A DNA stretch of 64,000 bases from an uncultured Bacilli bacterium (GCA_910588195.1 CAJUPN010000002.1:130375-194374), one strand, 5' to 3'. Shown: positions 1 through 9,849, numbered from the stretch's first letter. The notes: generated by a model from the sequence alone, not told the origin. Numbers and translations: made by a program.

Positions 1-1841
1 GTGGAATTATTGAGGGATTAGATGGTATAAGACAAGCCTTTGAAACTGGAAAAGGGAAAATTGTTGTTAGCTGTAAATATAGTTTTGAAAAAACAAAGGG
101 TAAAGAACAAATCATTATTACCGAGATACCATACGAAGTTAATAAACAACAACTAGTAAAGAAAATTGATGATATTCGTATAGATAATAAGATTGCTGGT
201 ATTCAAGAAGTTAGAGATGAATCAGACAAAGATGCAATGGTTCGCATTGTTATTGATTTAAAAAATGGTGCTGACAAAAATCTTGTTATGAATTATTTAC
301 TTAAAAATACAGATTGTCAATGCAACTACAATTATAATATGGTAGCTATTGTTAATAGACGTCCTAAATTACTGGGACTTATCCCTTTAATTGATGCATA
401 TATAGCTCACATAAAGGAAGTAATCCGAAAAAGAAGTGAATATGATTTAGCTGTTGCTAGAAAAGAGATTCATTTAACTGAAGGTTTAGTAAAAGCTATA
501 AGCATTCTTGATGAAGTAATCGCGACAATAAGAGGTAGTAAAAACAAAAAGGATGCGAAAGAAAACTTAGTAACTAAATTTGATTTTACAGAAGAACAAG
601 CGGAAGTAATTCTTACATTACAATTATATAAATTAACAAACACTGATATTGTTGAGTTAGAAAAAACTCTAGAAAATCTAAGAAAAATTATTGCTGGCTT
701 AGAAGCCATTCTTAGTGACGAAGAAAAACTGGCAAGTGTAGTTAAAGAAGAATTAAAACGCATCAAAAAAGAATATTCAATTCCAAGAAAAACTGAAATT
801 TCTGCAACTGTTAAAGATATTTCTATTTCTGCAGAGGATTTAATAATTAAAGAAAATGTTATGATTGTTCTAACTAATGAAGGATATATTAAAAAAGTAC
901 CAATGAAATCCTACACATCAGCCAATGGTGATGAAACAGCTGTTAAACCCGGGGATTATCCAATAAGTATTTTTGAAACAACAACATTAAACAAAATATT
1001 AATATTTACGTCAAAAGGAAATTATATTTATGTTCCTGTAAATGATTTACCTTGGTGTAAATGGAAAGATTTAGGAAAGCATATAAGTAATGTTGTTACA
1101 ACACATCCAGAAGATACAGTTTTATCATCATATATAGTAAATGATGAAAATTCAAATGAAGAATTAGTTTTCTTTACTAAACAAGGTATGGTAAAACGAA
1201 CAAAAATAAGTGATTTTGTCGTTTCAAGATACACTAAGCTTTATACAGCAATGAAATTAAAAGATGATGATGAAATAACTCATGTTGCTAGAGCAAAGGA
1301 AAATACTGTAATTGTAACAAAGACAGGTTATTATCTTTCATATAAAACTAATGAAATTCCACTTGCCTCAACTAAAGCAAGTGGTGTAAAAGGAATTAAT
1401 TTAAAAGAAGATTTAGTGATTGCTGGATTAACATATAATGAGCAAGATGAATATTTAAATATATTTACAAATCAAAAAACTGCTAAACGAATAAAGCTTA
1501 ACGATTTAACTCAACTATCTCGAGCAAAACGTGGAAGTACTCTAATGAAAAAAGTAAAAACAACAAGTTATGAGATTGTTTCCTCTTTAATAACTAATAC
1601 TAAAGATACAATCGGACTTTCAATGTTAGAAGATATTGGAATATTAAAAAATACGGATATATCAATAATGGATTTAGCATCCACTGGGTCTTCTATAGCA
1701 AAGAAAAAATATAATCACGCTTTTAAATTCACAGAGGTAAAAAAAGTTGAAGATTTAATAAAAAACAAAACTGAAACTAAAAAAACTATTGAAGAAGAAA
1801 AAAAAGATAAAGCAGAATTTATTGAAAATTTTAAAATATAG
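1..1841 (+). CDS. Type IIA topoisomerase A subunit (ParC/GyrA), C-terminal portion. The 5' end is truncated by the window edge.
   Basis: The frame is open from position 3. The translation matches the GyrA/ParC tower and coiled-coil region (RDESDKDAMVRIVIDLK...RPKLLGL...LTEGL...EQAEVIL) and is followed by a beta-pinwheel CTD. No QRRGGKG GyrA-box is visible, which favours ParC. Confidence 0.75.
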   Translation, partial: GIIEGLDGIRQAFETGKGKIVVSCKYSFEKTKGKEQIIITEIPYEVNKQQLVKKIDDIRIDNKIAGIQEVRDESDKDAMVRIVIDLKNGADKNLVMNYLLKNTDCQCNYNYNMVAIVNRRPKLLGLIPLIDAYIAHIKEVIRKRSEYDLAVARKEIHLTEGLVKAISILDEVIATIRGSKNKKDAKENLVTKFDFTEEQAEVILTLQLYKLTNTDIVELEKTLENLRKIIAGLEAILSDEEKLASVVKEELKRIKKEYSIPRKTEISATVKDISISAEDLIIKENVMIVLTNEGYIKKVPMKSYTSANGDETAVKPGDYPISIFETTTLNKILIFTSKGNYIYVPVNDLPWCKWKDLGKHISNVVTTHPEDTVLSSYIVNDENSNEELVFFTKQGMVKRTKISDFVVSRYTKLYTAMKLKDDDEITHVARAKENTVIVTKTGYYLSYKTNEIPLASTKASGVKGINLKEDLVIAGLTYNEQDEYLNIFTNQKTAKRIKLNDLTQLSRAKRGSTLMKKVKTTSYEIVSSLITNTKDTIGLSMLEDIGILKNTDISIMDLASTGSSIAKKKYNHAFKFTEVKKVEDLIKNKTETKKTIEEEKKDKAEFIENFKI

Positions 1842-1886
1842 CATAAAAATATCACTTATTAAATATAAATTAATAGGTGATTTTTT

Positions 1887-2228
1887 ATGGATAAAAAAGA
1901 ACTCTTTAAGAATTTTATTGGTGCTCATCCAGAAATATTAAAATACATAAAAAATAAAGAAATGACTTTTCAAGATTTTTTCGAAATATACGATATATAC
2001 GGTGAAGAATCAAACGTATGGGATAAATACTTTAAGGATAATATTGAAACTGATGATAATAAGTTAAAAGAGTTAAGTGGTTTACTAAAAAATATAAATA
2101 TAGACTCAATTGAACATCATGTAAATAATGCTCAAAAAGTTATTGGTATAATTCAAGAACTTACTAAAAAAACTCCAGATATCACAAATGCAGTTGATAA
2201 TCCTATAACTAAAATATATGGTGATTAA
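1887..2228 (+). CDS. hypothetical protein (113 aa)
   Basis: ORF with the RBS-like aataGGTGAt upstream. Its stop overlaps the start of the next ORF (TAAATGG). No recognisable motifs. Confidence 0.4.
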   Translation: MDKKELFKNFIGAHPEILKYIKNKEMTFQDFFEIYDIYGEESNVWDKYFKDNIETDDNKLKELSGLLKNINIDSIEHHVNNAQKVIGIIQELTKKTPDITNAVDNPITKIYGD

Positions 2229-2450
2229 ATGGAAGTAAGTTTAGCTTTAAAAATAAGAGAAAATCAAAAACTACACGATTTTTTAAAAAAGAATTCCCAG
2301 TATTATGTACTCTTAAATCGCAAGCCAGAGTTTTATGAAGAACTTTTAAAAACATATAAGAAATATAACCGTGAAAATAATATGGAAAAAGTAATGGACG
2401 CAATTGATAATGCTGAAATGATATCAAGTATCATAAAAATAATGGAATAA
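2229..2450 (+). CDS. hypothetical protein (73 aa)
   Basis: ORF translationally coupled to the preceding one. No recognisable motifs. Confidence 0.35.
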   Translation: MEVSLALKIRENQKLHDFLKKNSQYYVLLNRKPEFYEELLKTYKKYNRENNMEKVMDAIDNAEMISSIIKIME

Positions 2451-2530
2451 TAGTAAAGTATTATTCCTTTTATATTGAAAAAAAATCTTATCTAATCTAT
2501 AATAAATATAGAATAGAGAGGATTGTTTAT

Positions 2531-4564
2531 ATGATAAAAAAGAAGAAAAATGGTTTCACTCTTGTTGAACTATTAGCTGTTATTGTTATTCTGGCACTTC
2601 TATTAATTATTGTCATTCCATCAATTTTAGACACGACTAATCGTGCTAAGAAGGAATTATTTTATGACTATTCAAGAAGTGTTCAAAGTAAAGCAGTAGC
2701 TAAGTACATTCAAGATATGGACGATGAAACGATAAAAAGTAACTGTCGAGTATATGACATTAATACTGACCTTGATTTAGAAAATACAGGAGATTTTGAA
2801 GGATGGGCAAAAGTAAACAGAAGAGCTGTTGAAAATCCTGATAAGAGAACAGCTGTAGTTAAATTACCAACTGTTCCTAAGGTTTTAAATGTAATGTATT
2901 GTATTGCAGATGGCACAGATTGTAAACCAGATACACAATTTATGTTTGCTGATGGAGCAACGCAAGTGAATGTCGATAAAAACATCAAAAAAGGACAAGT
3001 ATTATGTGCTTATGCTGAATATCCAGAAAATAATCAAACTAAAATAACACCAAAAAGTTGTAAAACTTATGATAATGCAGAAAAGACAATAGATAGTTAT
3101 GAATACGATGTAATTATAACAATAAAAGATCGTGAAAGAGCTGTCAATAGCGTAAATTTTAGTGACAACACATCAAAATCTGATTTTTATAAAGCTATTG
3201 ATGATTTTAAAGAAGCTGCAAAAAGCAAGAAAGTTAACCCAATGGCGATTGCTTCACCAACTTGTAGTGCTAATGATCCTGTAACCTATAAAGGTACAAC
3301 TACAATTAAAAACGAGACAACAACAACAACTACAACTCAAGCAATTACTTGTCCAGGAATATCTGCCGAGGATAATCAATATGAAATTGTCTTAAATCCA
3401 AATGGTGGAACAATTAATAAAAATTTAATAACTCAATGTGTTGATTGTGGAAGCTCAGAAGAAATTGAAACTCCAGTCAAAGCAGGCTACATCTTTGATG
3501 GCTGGTATTATGATAAAGCATTTAGTAAGAAGCTAACAGGCAACCAATCGAGTAGAGTAGAAAGTGAACCTAAAAAAGGTGCAAATAATTGTATTGAAGG
3601 ATATAATAGAGTATATTTATATGCTAAGTGGACTCTTGATGAATCTAAAACTACAACTACACCACCAGTACAAACAACTACACCTAATACAACATCACCT
3701 GACGAGACTTCAACAGTAACAACAGAAGAAGTAACGCAACCAACAACTGTAAGAGACACAAGCGATGAAACATTAAGACTGAGTTCTTTAGTAGTATCAG
3801 GATATGATATAAATTTTGATCCTGTCAAATATGACTATCGTGTAGAAGTTCCTTATAGTCAAACAAGCATTGCTATAAGTGCAACAGCAAATACACCAGA
3901 AGTTACTGATGTTACAGTTGAAGATTCAAAAAACTTAGGAGTAGGAAACAATGTAATTCTAGTTAATTTACAAAACCGTGAAACAAATAAATCGACATTC
4001 TACCGAGTAGTAGTTGTAAGACTTGATGAAGGTGGCAAAGCTCCAACAAATGGGGCACCAACTGAACAACCTGAATGGGATCCTTCATCTGGCGTACCAG
4101 ACCCATCATTAGATGAATCAAATGCTTCACTAAAATTATTGCAAGTATCAGGATATGATTTCCGATTCGATCCAAATGTGTACAATTATGATTTAGATGT
4201 TGTTTCACTTGATCCATTAACACTATCATATCAACCAGCTACAAAAGGTGCTTATGTAACAGTAATTGGTAACGAAAATTTAAAAGATGGTAGTGAAATT
4301 GAGGTAGTAGTAGTAAGTGCCAATGGTTTTTATACAAAGAGATATAAGATAACTATTAGATATAACAAAGCTGTGTCTGCTGGAACAAGATATTTAAGAA
4401 ATTTAGCTATATTACTAGGAATAATTTTAGCAATAATTCTAGTAATTTCTAGAAGTAATAAATTCCACAAAAACAGCTTAGTAAAGAAAAAAGACGATAC
4501 AAATAATCAAAATCCAATGGATGGACAATCAAATGTCCAAAACAACAACATGAACAACTTCTAA
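2531..4564 (+). CDS. Large prepilin-type (type IV pilin-like) protein. It has a Thr-rich linker, two cadherin-like/Ig-like repeats and a C-terminal TM anchor.
   Basis: The N-terminus KKKNGFTLVELLAVIVILALL is a class III (prepilin peptidase) signal with G|FTLVE. The repeats LRLSSLVVSGYDINFDPVKYDY and LKLLQVSGYDFRFDPNVYNY follow. A C-terminal hydrophobic helix (LAILLGIILAIILVI) precedes an N/Q-rich tail. RBS GAGAGGA. Confidence 0.7.
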   Translation: MIKKKKNGFTLVELLAVIVILALLLIIVIPSILDTTNRAKKELFYDYSRSVQSKAVAKYIQDMDDETIKSNCRVYDINTDLDLENTGDFEGWAKVNRRAVENPDKRTAVVKLPTVPKVLNVMYCIADGTDCKPDTQFMFADGATQVNVDKNIKKGQVLCAYAEYPENNQTKITPKSCKTYDNAEKTIDSYEYDVIITIKDRERAVNSVNFSDNTSKSDFYKAIDDFKEAAKSKKVNPMAIASPTCSANDPVTYKGTTTIKNETTTTTTTQAITCPGISAEDNQYEIVLNPNGGTINKNLITQCVDCGSSEEIETPVKAGYIFDGWYYDKAFSKKLTGNQSSRVESEPKKGANNCIEGYNRVYLYAKWTLDESKTTTTPPVQTTTPNTTSPDETSTVTTEEVTQPTTVRDTSDETLRLSSLVVSGYDINFDPVKYDYRVEVPYSQTSIAISATANTPEVTDVTVEDSKNLGVGNNVILVNLQNRETNKSTFYRVVVVRLDEGGKAPTNGAPTEQPEWDPSSGVPDPSLDESNASLKLLQVSGYDFRFDPNVYNYDLDVVSLDPLTLSYQPATKGAYVTVIGNENLKDGSEIEVVVVSANGFYTKRYKITIRYNKAVSAGTRYLRNLAILLGIILAIILVISRSNKFHKNSLVKKKDDTNNQNPMDGQSNVQNNNMNNF

Positions 4565-4670
4565 ATGTAGTTGTTTATGTTGTCAATAAATTAAATAATA
4601 AAATATATTTGTATTGACTAAAAAAAGAATCAAATATATAATAAAATTATAGTAGAAAGAGGAATTAGAA

Positions 4671-5195
4671 ATGAAGAAGAAAAATGGTTTTACATTAGTT
4701 GAATTACTAGCTGTTATCGTTGTATTAGCAATTATTATGATTATAGCAATTCCATCAGTTTTAGATGTAATGAATACTGCTAGAAAAAAAGCCTTTGTTA
4801 TGTACGTTGATAAAATTGTTACAGCAGTTCAAGCTCAATATCTATATGATGCAAATGGAGGAGCAATCCAAGGTGCTGGTTTCTATGTTTACGATATAAC
4901 TAGTGACTTAAAATTAAACTCAACTGGTTCATACCGTGGATATGTTACAGTTAATGCAACAGATGTTGACAATCCAGAATATATTGTAGAGTTATACGAT
5001 AACAACTATATGGTACACGCATATAACGTTTCAAAAAGAGGAATGCCTGAGGCAAATGATCCTTTAGTCTTCCCATTTAAGGACGAAAGTGTAGCAAAAA
5101 CTAATTATGCAGCTTGTCAAGCGGCAGCAGCAAATCCAACTCCTGCAGTATCATGTTATACTAGAGAAGGATATTTAATTACTGTAAAAGATTAA
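4671..5195 (+). CDS. Type IV pilin / ComGC-like pseudopilin (174 aa)
   Basis: N-terminus MKKKNGFTLVELLAVIVVLAIIMIIAIPS. The globular domain is paralogous to the N-terminal domain of the preceding giant pilin (YDITSDLKLNSTG). RBS AGAGGAA. Confidence 0.75.
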   Translation: MKKKNGFTLVELLAVIVVLAIIMIIAIPSVLDVMNTARKKAFVMYVDKIVTAVQAQYLYDANGGAIQGAGFYVYDITSDLKLNSTGSYRGYVTVNATDVDNPEYIVELYDNNYMVHAYNVSKRGMPEANDPLVFPFKDESVAKTNYAACQAAAANPTPAVSCYTREGYLITVKD

Positions 5196-5258
5196 AAATA
5201 AAAAAACAACTATATATAAGTTGTTTTTTTTGTGCTATAATTTTTAATAGGTGGTAAT

Positions 5259-6155
5259 ATGTTAATACTAGGAAGTCATGTATCATACAAAAATGATACT
5301 CAATTAGTTGGAAGTGTAAAAGAAGCCTTATCTTATGGTTCAAACACATTCATGTTTTATACAGGAGCTCCTCAAAATACTCAAAGGGGGACTATAAACG
5401 ATTTACTAACAATAGATGCTTTAAATCTTATGAAAGAAAATAATATAGCTTTAGAAAATGTAATTTGTCATGCTCCTTATATTGTAAATTTAGCGAACAA
5501 TCAAGACTTAGAAAAATATCAGTTTGCTCAAGATTTTTTAAGAAATGAAATAAATAGATGTGAAACTTTAGGAGTTAGGTATATTGTACTTCACCCTGGA
5601 AGTGCAACAAAGTTAGAACGTAGCTATGCAATAGATAATATTGTAAATGGTATAAATAATGTATTAGTAGAAGAAGACAATATTGTTATTTTATTAGAAA
5701 CAATGGCAGGAAAAGGAACAGAACTAGGAATAAATATTGATGAAATAAAATATATTATAGATCATATAAATTTTCAAGATAAAGTAGGAGTGTGTTTAGA
5801 TACTTGCCATTTAAACGATTCGGGAATTGATATTGCCAAATTTGATGATTATTTAAGTGAATTTGAATCGAAAATTGGACTTAATAAGATTGGTTGTATA
5901 CATGTAAATGATTCTAAAAATCCAATAAATTCACATAAAGATCGTCATGAAAATTTAGGATTTGGAACTATTGGGTGGGATAATTTACTTAATGTCATTT
6001 ATCATCCTTCTCTTGAAAATGTTCCAAAGATTCTTGAAACACCATATGTTAATCGCGATTTCGCACCATATAAACAAGAAATAGAAGCAATAAAAAATAA
6101 ACAATTCAATCCCAATTTATATGAAGACATATTAAACTACTATCATAAGAATTAG
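5259..6155 (+). CDS. nfo: Endonuclease IV (deoxyribonuclease IV)
   Basis: Close match to B. subtilis YqfS/Nfo along its whole length (GSHVS...TFMFYTGAPQNT...HAPYIVNL...LHPG...ETMAGKGTE...CLDTCH...DRHENLGFG...ILETP). An extended -10 TGcTATAAT lies upstream. Confidence 0.9.
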   Translation: MLILGSHVSYKNDTQLVGSVKEALSYGSNTFMFYTGAPQNTQRGTINDLLTIDALNLMKENNIALENVICHAPYIVNLANNQDLEKYQFAQDFLRNEINRCETLGVRYIVLHPGSATKLERSYAIDNIVNGINNVLVEEDNIVILLETMAGKGTELGINIDEIKYIIDHINFQDKVGVCLDTCHLNDSGIDIAKFDDYLSEFESKIGLNKIGCIHVNDSKNPINSHKDRHENLGFGTIGWDNLLNVIYHPSLENVPKILETPYVNRDFAPYKQEIEAIKNKQFNPNLYEDILNYYHKN

Positions 6156-7325
6156 GTGACTATAATGAATAAAACTATATCTATTAAAAATCAAGTGGAG
6201 CTCTCTGATATTGTAGAAAATTACTTGAATCCAGAATATATATATATTCCGATATCAACTAAAGATGAAATATTAGTAAAAGTTGGAGCAAAAGTTTTAA
6301 AAGAAGAACCCATTATTAAAAGAGCAAGAGAAATAGTTTATAGTAGTATTTCTGGAACTTTAATCGGAACTACCGAATCAATGTATAAAAACAATATTCT
6401 TACAACATGTTTAGTAATCGAAAATGATTTTAAAGAGAAAGTATATAATAAAAAAGGTGCAGTTAAATATATCAGCGAATATAACGAAAAAGAAGTTTTG
6501 AGTTTGATAAAAAAGTATCTTGGCGATAAAAGTATTAATCTTTCAGCCAAATCCATTGTTATTAATGGTATTGATCAAGATCCTTATGAAAGAACTTATT
6601 CTTTTTTGATAAATAACTATTGCACTAAAATACTAGAAGGAATAGATGCAATATCTAACATTATCAATGCAACATCAACTATATTTGCAATAAATAATCA
6701 TGATAATACAAATGTTATAAATCTTACTAATCATATTGGAACATATCCTAACATAAAATTAAAATTACTATCAGATGCTTATCCAAGTGGCTTTCAAGAA
6801 CTAGTAATAAAAAACACTTTAACAAAAAAGCAAATTAATGAAGGATTTTTATATTTAACAGTAGAAGATATTTATAATATTTATAATGTTTTAAAACGTA
6901 GAAAACCTATAACAGAAAAACTACTTACATTATCTGGTAATTCAATTGAGACTAGTAAAGTTTTAAATGTTAAAATAGGTACAAATATGTCAGATATTAT
7001 AGACAATTGCTGTGATATTATCAATGATAAATACTTTGTTGTAACAAATGGGTTAATAGCTGGACACACTTTATCTTCACTTAATCAAATAGTTACAAGT
7101 GATGTTAGATCAATATTTTTAAATACCAAAAATAAAGAATTAGAAAAAAAGTGTATCAATTGTGGACTTTGCAATATAAAATGTCCAGTAGGTTTAAATC
7201 CTAAATTCATCAAAGATCATAAAAAAGCTGATAGAAGTAAATGTATTAAATGTGGACTTTGTACTTATATTTGTCCATCAAAAATAAATTTTAAACCATA
7301 TCTTAATGGAGGACAAGATGAATAA
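6156..7325 (+). CDS. RnfC-like iron-sulfur protein (RnfC N-terminal barrel-sandwich plus 2x[4Fe-4S] ferredoxin motifs). It is shorter than canonical RnfC.
   Basis: N-terminal VKVGAKVLKEE...SSISGTLIGT resembles the RnfC_N hybrid domain. KYPSGFQELV matches RnfC KYPSGG. Two CxxCxxCxxxCP motifs (CINCGLCNIKCP, CIKCGLCTYICP). The start abuts the nfo stop with no gap. Confidence 0.6.
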   Translation: MTIMNKTISIKNQVELSDIVENYLNPEYIYIPISTKDEILVKVGAKVLKEEPIIKRAREIVYSSISGTLIGTTESMYKNNILTTCLVIENDFKEKVYNKKGAVKYISEYNEKEVLSLIKKYLGDKSINLSAKSIVINGIDQDPYERTYSFLINNYCTKILEGIDAISNIINATSTIFAINNHDNTNVINLTNHIGTYPNIKLKLLSDAYPSGFQELVIKNTLTKKQINEGFLYLTVEDIYNIYNVLKRRKPITEKLLTLSGNSIETSKVLNVKIGTNMSDIIDNCCDIINDKYFVVTNGLIAGHTLSSLNQIVTSDVRSIFLNTKNKELEKKCINCGLCNIKCPVGLNPKFIKDHKKADRSKCIKCGLCTYICPSKINFKPYLNGGQDE

Positions 7326-8241
7326 TGTCTATGTAAGAGGAAATACCTCAATTAAATCAATATCATTAACAAGACTTTTTTTATTACTTCCATTAATTAT
7401 TTATGGTTGTTATAAAAATGGTGTTTATCTTTATACAAGTAATTATATAAATTTATTTGATATGTTTAGACCGATTATTTTAATTTTAACAGGAGCTTTA
7501 ATTGGGGCTTCAGTAAACTTAATTTATGAATATATCATTAGAAGAAGAAAAGAAAGTCTTATATCGGCAATATTTTCTTCGTTTCATGTCGAGTATGGAA
7601 TAATTCTTGCTTGTATATCAAGTATAAATACTAATCTATTTATTTTCGTTATATGTACATTTTTTATATTTCTTATATCAAAATTTTTAAATAATCGGAT
7701 TAATATTATTGCGATAACTTTTATAGCTATATATTTAATATCTACATTAAAAGAAGAATACATATTTGCCAATATTTATGAATTAAGCAAAACTTTTTCT
7801 TTAAATTTTCTTGATTATTTAACTGGTAGAGCTCCTGGAGGCATAGCAGGTACACACATTATTTTATTATTTGTTGCTTTAACAGGTTTACATATTTCAA
7901 ACACTAATAAAAGTGAAATAACAATGTATACTTGCATAAGTTATGCAATACCAGCTATAATTTATGGTATAATAAGAAATATAAATGTATTAGACTTATT
8001 GTTTTTAAATAATTATATGTTTATATTTACTTTTGTAGCAACTGATAGCGTAACTAGTTGCTATAGTAATAATGGAAAAAAATTATTTGGTATCCTTATT
8101 GGGGTGTTAACGTTTGGTTTTTACTTTTTAAATCCGATTCTTGCGCCTTTTATAAGTATTTCAGTAATTAGCTTACTAAATAATTTAATTGATAGGAAGG
8201 TTGGAATGTTTTTAAAAAACAATTCCATAAATGGTGAATAA
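7306..8241 (+). CDS. RnfD/NqrB-like polytopic membrane protein
   Basis: Multi-TM protein. FVATDSVTSCYSNNGKKLFGILIGVLT matches the RnfD/NqrB signature FxATDPVTSP...GxxIGxLT. Its start overlaps the rnfC-like gene end by 20 nt. Confidence 0.55.
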   Translation: MEDKMNNVYVRGNTSIKSISLTRLFLLLPLIIYGCYKNGVYLYTSNYINLFDMFRPIILILTGALIGASVNLIYEYIIRRRKESLISAIFSSFHVEYGIILACISSINTNLFIFVICTFFIFLISKFLNNRINIIAITFIAIYLISTLKEEYIFANIYELSKTFSLNFLDYLTGRAPGGIAGTHIILLFVALTGLHISNTNKSEITMYTCISYAIPAIIYGIIRNINVLDLLFLNNYMFIFTFVATDSVTSCYSNNGKKLFGILIGVLTFGFYFLNPILAPFISISVISLLNNLIDRKVGMFLKNNSINGE

Positions 8242-8623
8242 TATGGCAAAATTTTGTACAAACTGTGGAACTAAACTAGAAAGTGGACAAAAAAAATGTG
8301 TTAATTGTGGAAAGGAAATAGCAGAAAATGCTACTCCAGAAAATTCCAAAAATAGCAATACAACAACTAACAAAGTTTATGGTAGCAGAAGTAAAATTGC
8401 TGCTGGATTACTTGGTATATTTTTAGGAGTTTTTGGAGTACATAACTTTTATTTAGGATATACAAATAAAGCAATCCCTCAATTATTACTTGGGACAGTT
8501 GGAACAATTGTTTTATGTGGTATGGGACCAATAATTAGTAGTATCTGGGGTTTTGCTGAAGGTATAATGATTTTAACTGGAAGTATTGATAAAGATGCTG
8601 ATGGAAATGCCCTTACAGATTAG
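8231..8623 (+). CDS. Zinc-ribbon plus TM2-domain membrane protein
   Basis: The N-terminal CTNCGTKL...CVNCGKE is a C4 zinc ribbon. C-terminal two-helix TM2-like hairpin (GIFLGVFGVHNFYLGYTNKAIPQLLLG). Overlaps the preceding gene by 11 nt. Confidence 0.55.
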   Translation: MVNNMAKFCTNCGTKLESGQKKCVNCGKEIAENATPENSKNSNTTTNKVYGSRSKIAAGLLGIFLGVFGVHNFYLGYTNKAIPQLLLGTVGTIVLCGMGPIISSIWGFAEGIMILTGSIDKDADGNALTD

Positions 8624-8703
8624 TTAACATAAACTTAACATTTTTCTAGAACATATTAAAGTTATATGTTCTTTTTTATGCTAAAATTATAATAGGTGAG
8701 ACT

Positions 8704-9849
8704 ATGAAAGATATCTTTAAAAAATTAGATAAACCATTACTAATTTTAACTATACTTTTTGCTGCTATCGGATTAGTTATGATCTTTTCTTCCTCATCAA
8801 TTGCTGCTGTTTTACAATACAAAAGTACTGAATATCATTTTTTTTATAAACAAGCATTAGTTATATCTGTGGGGATAATATTAAGTTTAATAATTTACGC
8901 TATTCCAACAAAATGGTATAAAAGTTTATCTCTAATTGGACTTGGGATAATAATTATAGTACTTCTTGGACTAAAAACATATGGACAAGTAACCAACAGT
9001 GCTAGAAGTTGGTTTAAGATTGCTGGATTTTCTATCCAACCAAGTGAATTTGCTAAAACAGTTATAATTCTTTATCTAGCAACATGGTATGGTTCTAAAA
9101 AGAAATTTAAATCAATATTTGATACTTTTTTACCTTTAATTCCCTGTATCGTTATTTTCTTTCTTGTTGCATCAGAACCAGATTTAGGAACTGCTTGTAT
9201 AATTGGGTGTATTTGTATGTTTATATTTTTTACACTTCCATTCAATAAAAATAAGCCAATGTTCTTTATTAAACTGATTACTATAACTTTGATAATAGGT
9301 GGAATAATATTCTTAAATACTAACACAGAATTTTTAAATAAATTTTTAACGTCAACTCAAGCCTCTCGTTTTAACTTTAAACAACCTTGTTCGAGATACT
9401 TAGAAGAAACGGGATATCAAGTTTGTAATGGCTATATAGCTATAAATAATGGAGGTCTTTTAGGTGTTGGTCTTGGAAAGTCAACGCAAAAATACTTATA
9501 TTTACCAGAAGCCCATACAGATTTCATTTTTCCTATTATTGTTGAGGAATTAGGGTTAATAGGTGGGGGAGTAATTCTTTTACTGTATATGTTTATATTA
9601 TATCGTATTTTAGTAATAGCTAGAAATGCATGTAATTTAAGAGGAAGTATAATTGCTTTTGGAACATTTGCTTATATCTTAACTCATATAATTGTAAATG
9701 TCGGTGGTTTATTAGCTTTAATTCCTTTAACAGGAGTTCCACTACCTTTCTTAAGTTACGGAGGATCTTGTATACTAAATTTACTTGTTTTAGTTGCTTT
9801 AACTCAAAGAGTTGCTGTAGAAACAAAAAAGAAAGTGAGTAATCAATAA
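8704..9849 (+). CDS. SEDS-family peptidoglycan polymerase (FtsW/RodA/SpoVE family)
   Basis: About 10 TM segments. Conserved SEDS blocks are present (WFKIAGFSIQPSEFAKTVIILYLA, PEAHTDFIFPIIVEELGLIGG, GVPLPFLSYGGS). Confidence 0.8.
   Translation: MKDIFKKLDKPLLILTILFAAIGLVMIFSSSSIAAVLQYKSTEYHFFYKQALVISVGIILSLIIYAIPTKWYKSLSLIGLGIIIIVLLGLKTYGQVTNSARSWFKIAGFSIQPSEFAKTVIILYLATWYGSKKKFKSIFDTFLPLIPCIVIFFLVASEPDLGTACIIGCICMFIFFTLPFNKNKPMFFIKLITITLIIGGIIFLNTNTEFLNKFLTSTQASRFNFKQPCSRYLEETGYQVCNGYIAINNGGLLGVGLGKSTQKYLYLPEAHTDFIFPIIVEELGLIGGGVILLLYMFILYRILVIARNACNLRGSIIAFGTFAYILTHIIVNVGGLLALIPLTGVPLPFLSYGGSCILNLLVLVALTQRVAVETKKKVSNQ

Noticed and set aside
470-766. Antisense and embedded ORFs of 60-120 aa listed in the six-frame track. 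Examples: 470-766(-), 1028-1234(-), 2710-2988(-), 3508-3828(-), 3963-4229(-), 6338-6556(-), 9072-9326(-), 13907-14116(+), 16246-16509(-), 19197-19409(-), 38134-38319(+), 44757-45113(-), 50680-50922(-), 53411-53680(-), 54380-54906(-), 56715-57026(-).
   Set aside because: Each lies wholly inside a longer ORF on another frame or strand that has clear homology-type motifs. They have low-complexity translations and no RBS. They are treated as spurious.
3290-3330. A Thr-codon run (ACAACAACAACTACAACT) as a tandem repeat or slippage site
   Set aside because: It is in frame and encodes a poly-Thr linker typical of surface proteins. It is not an independent repeat element.
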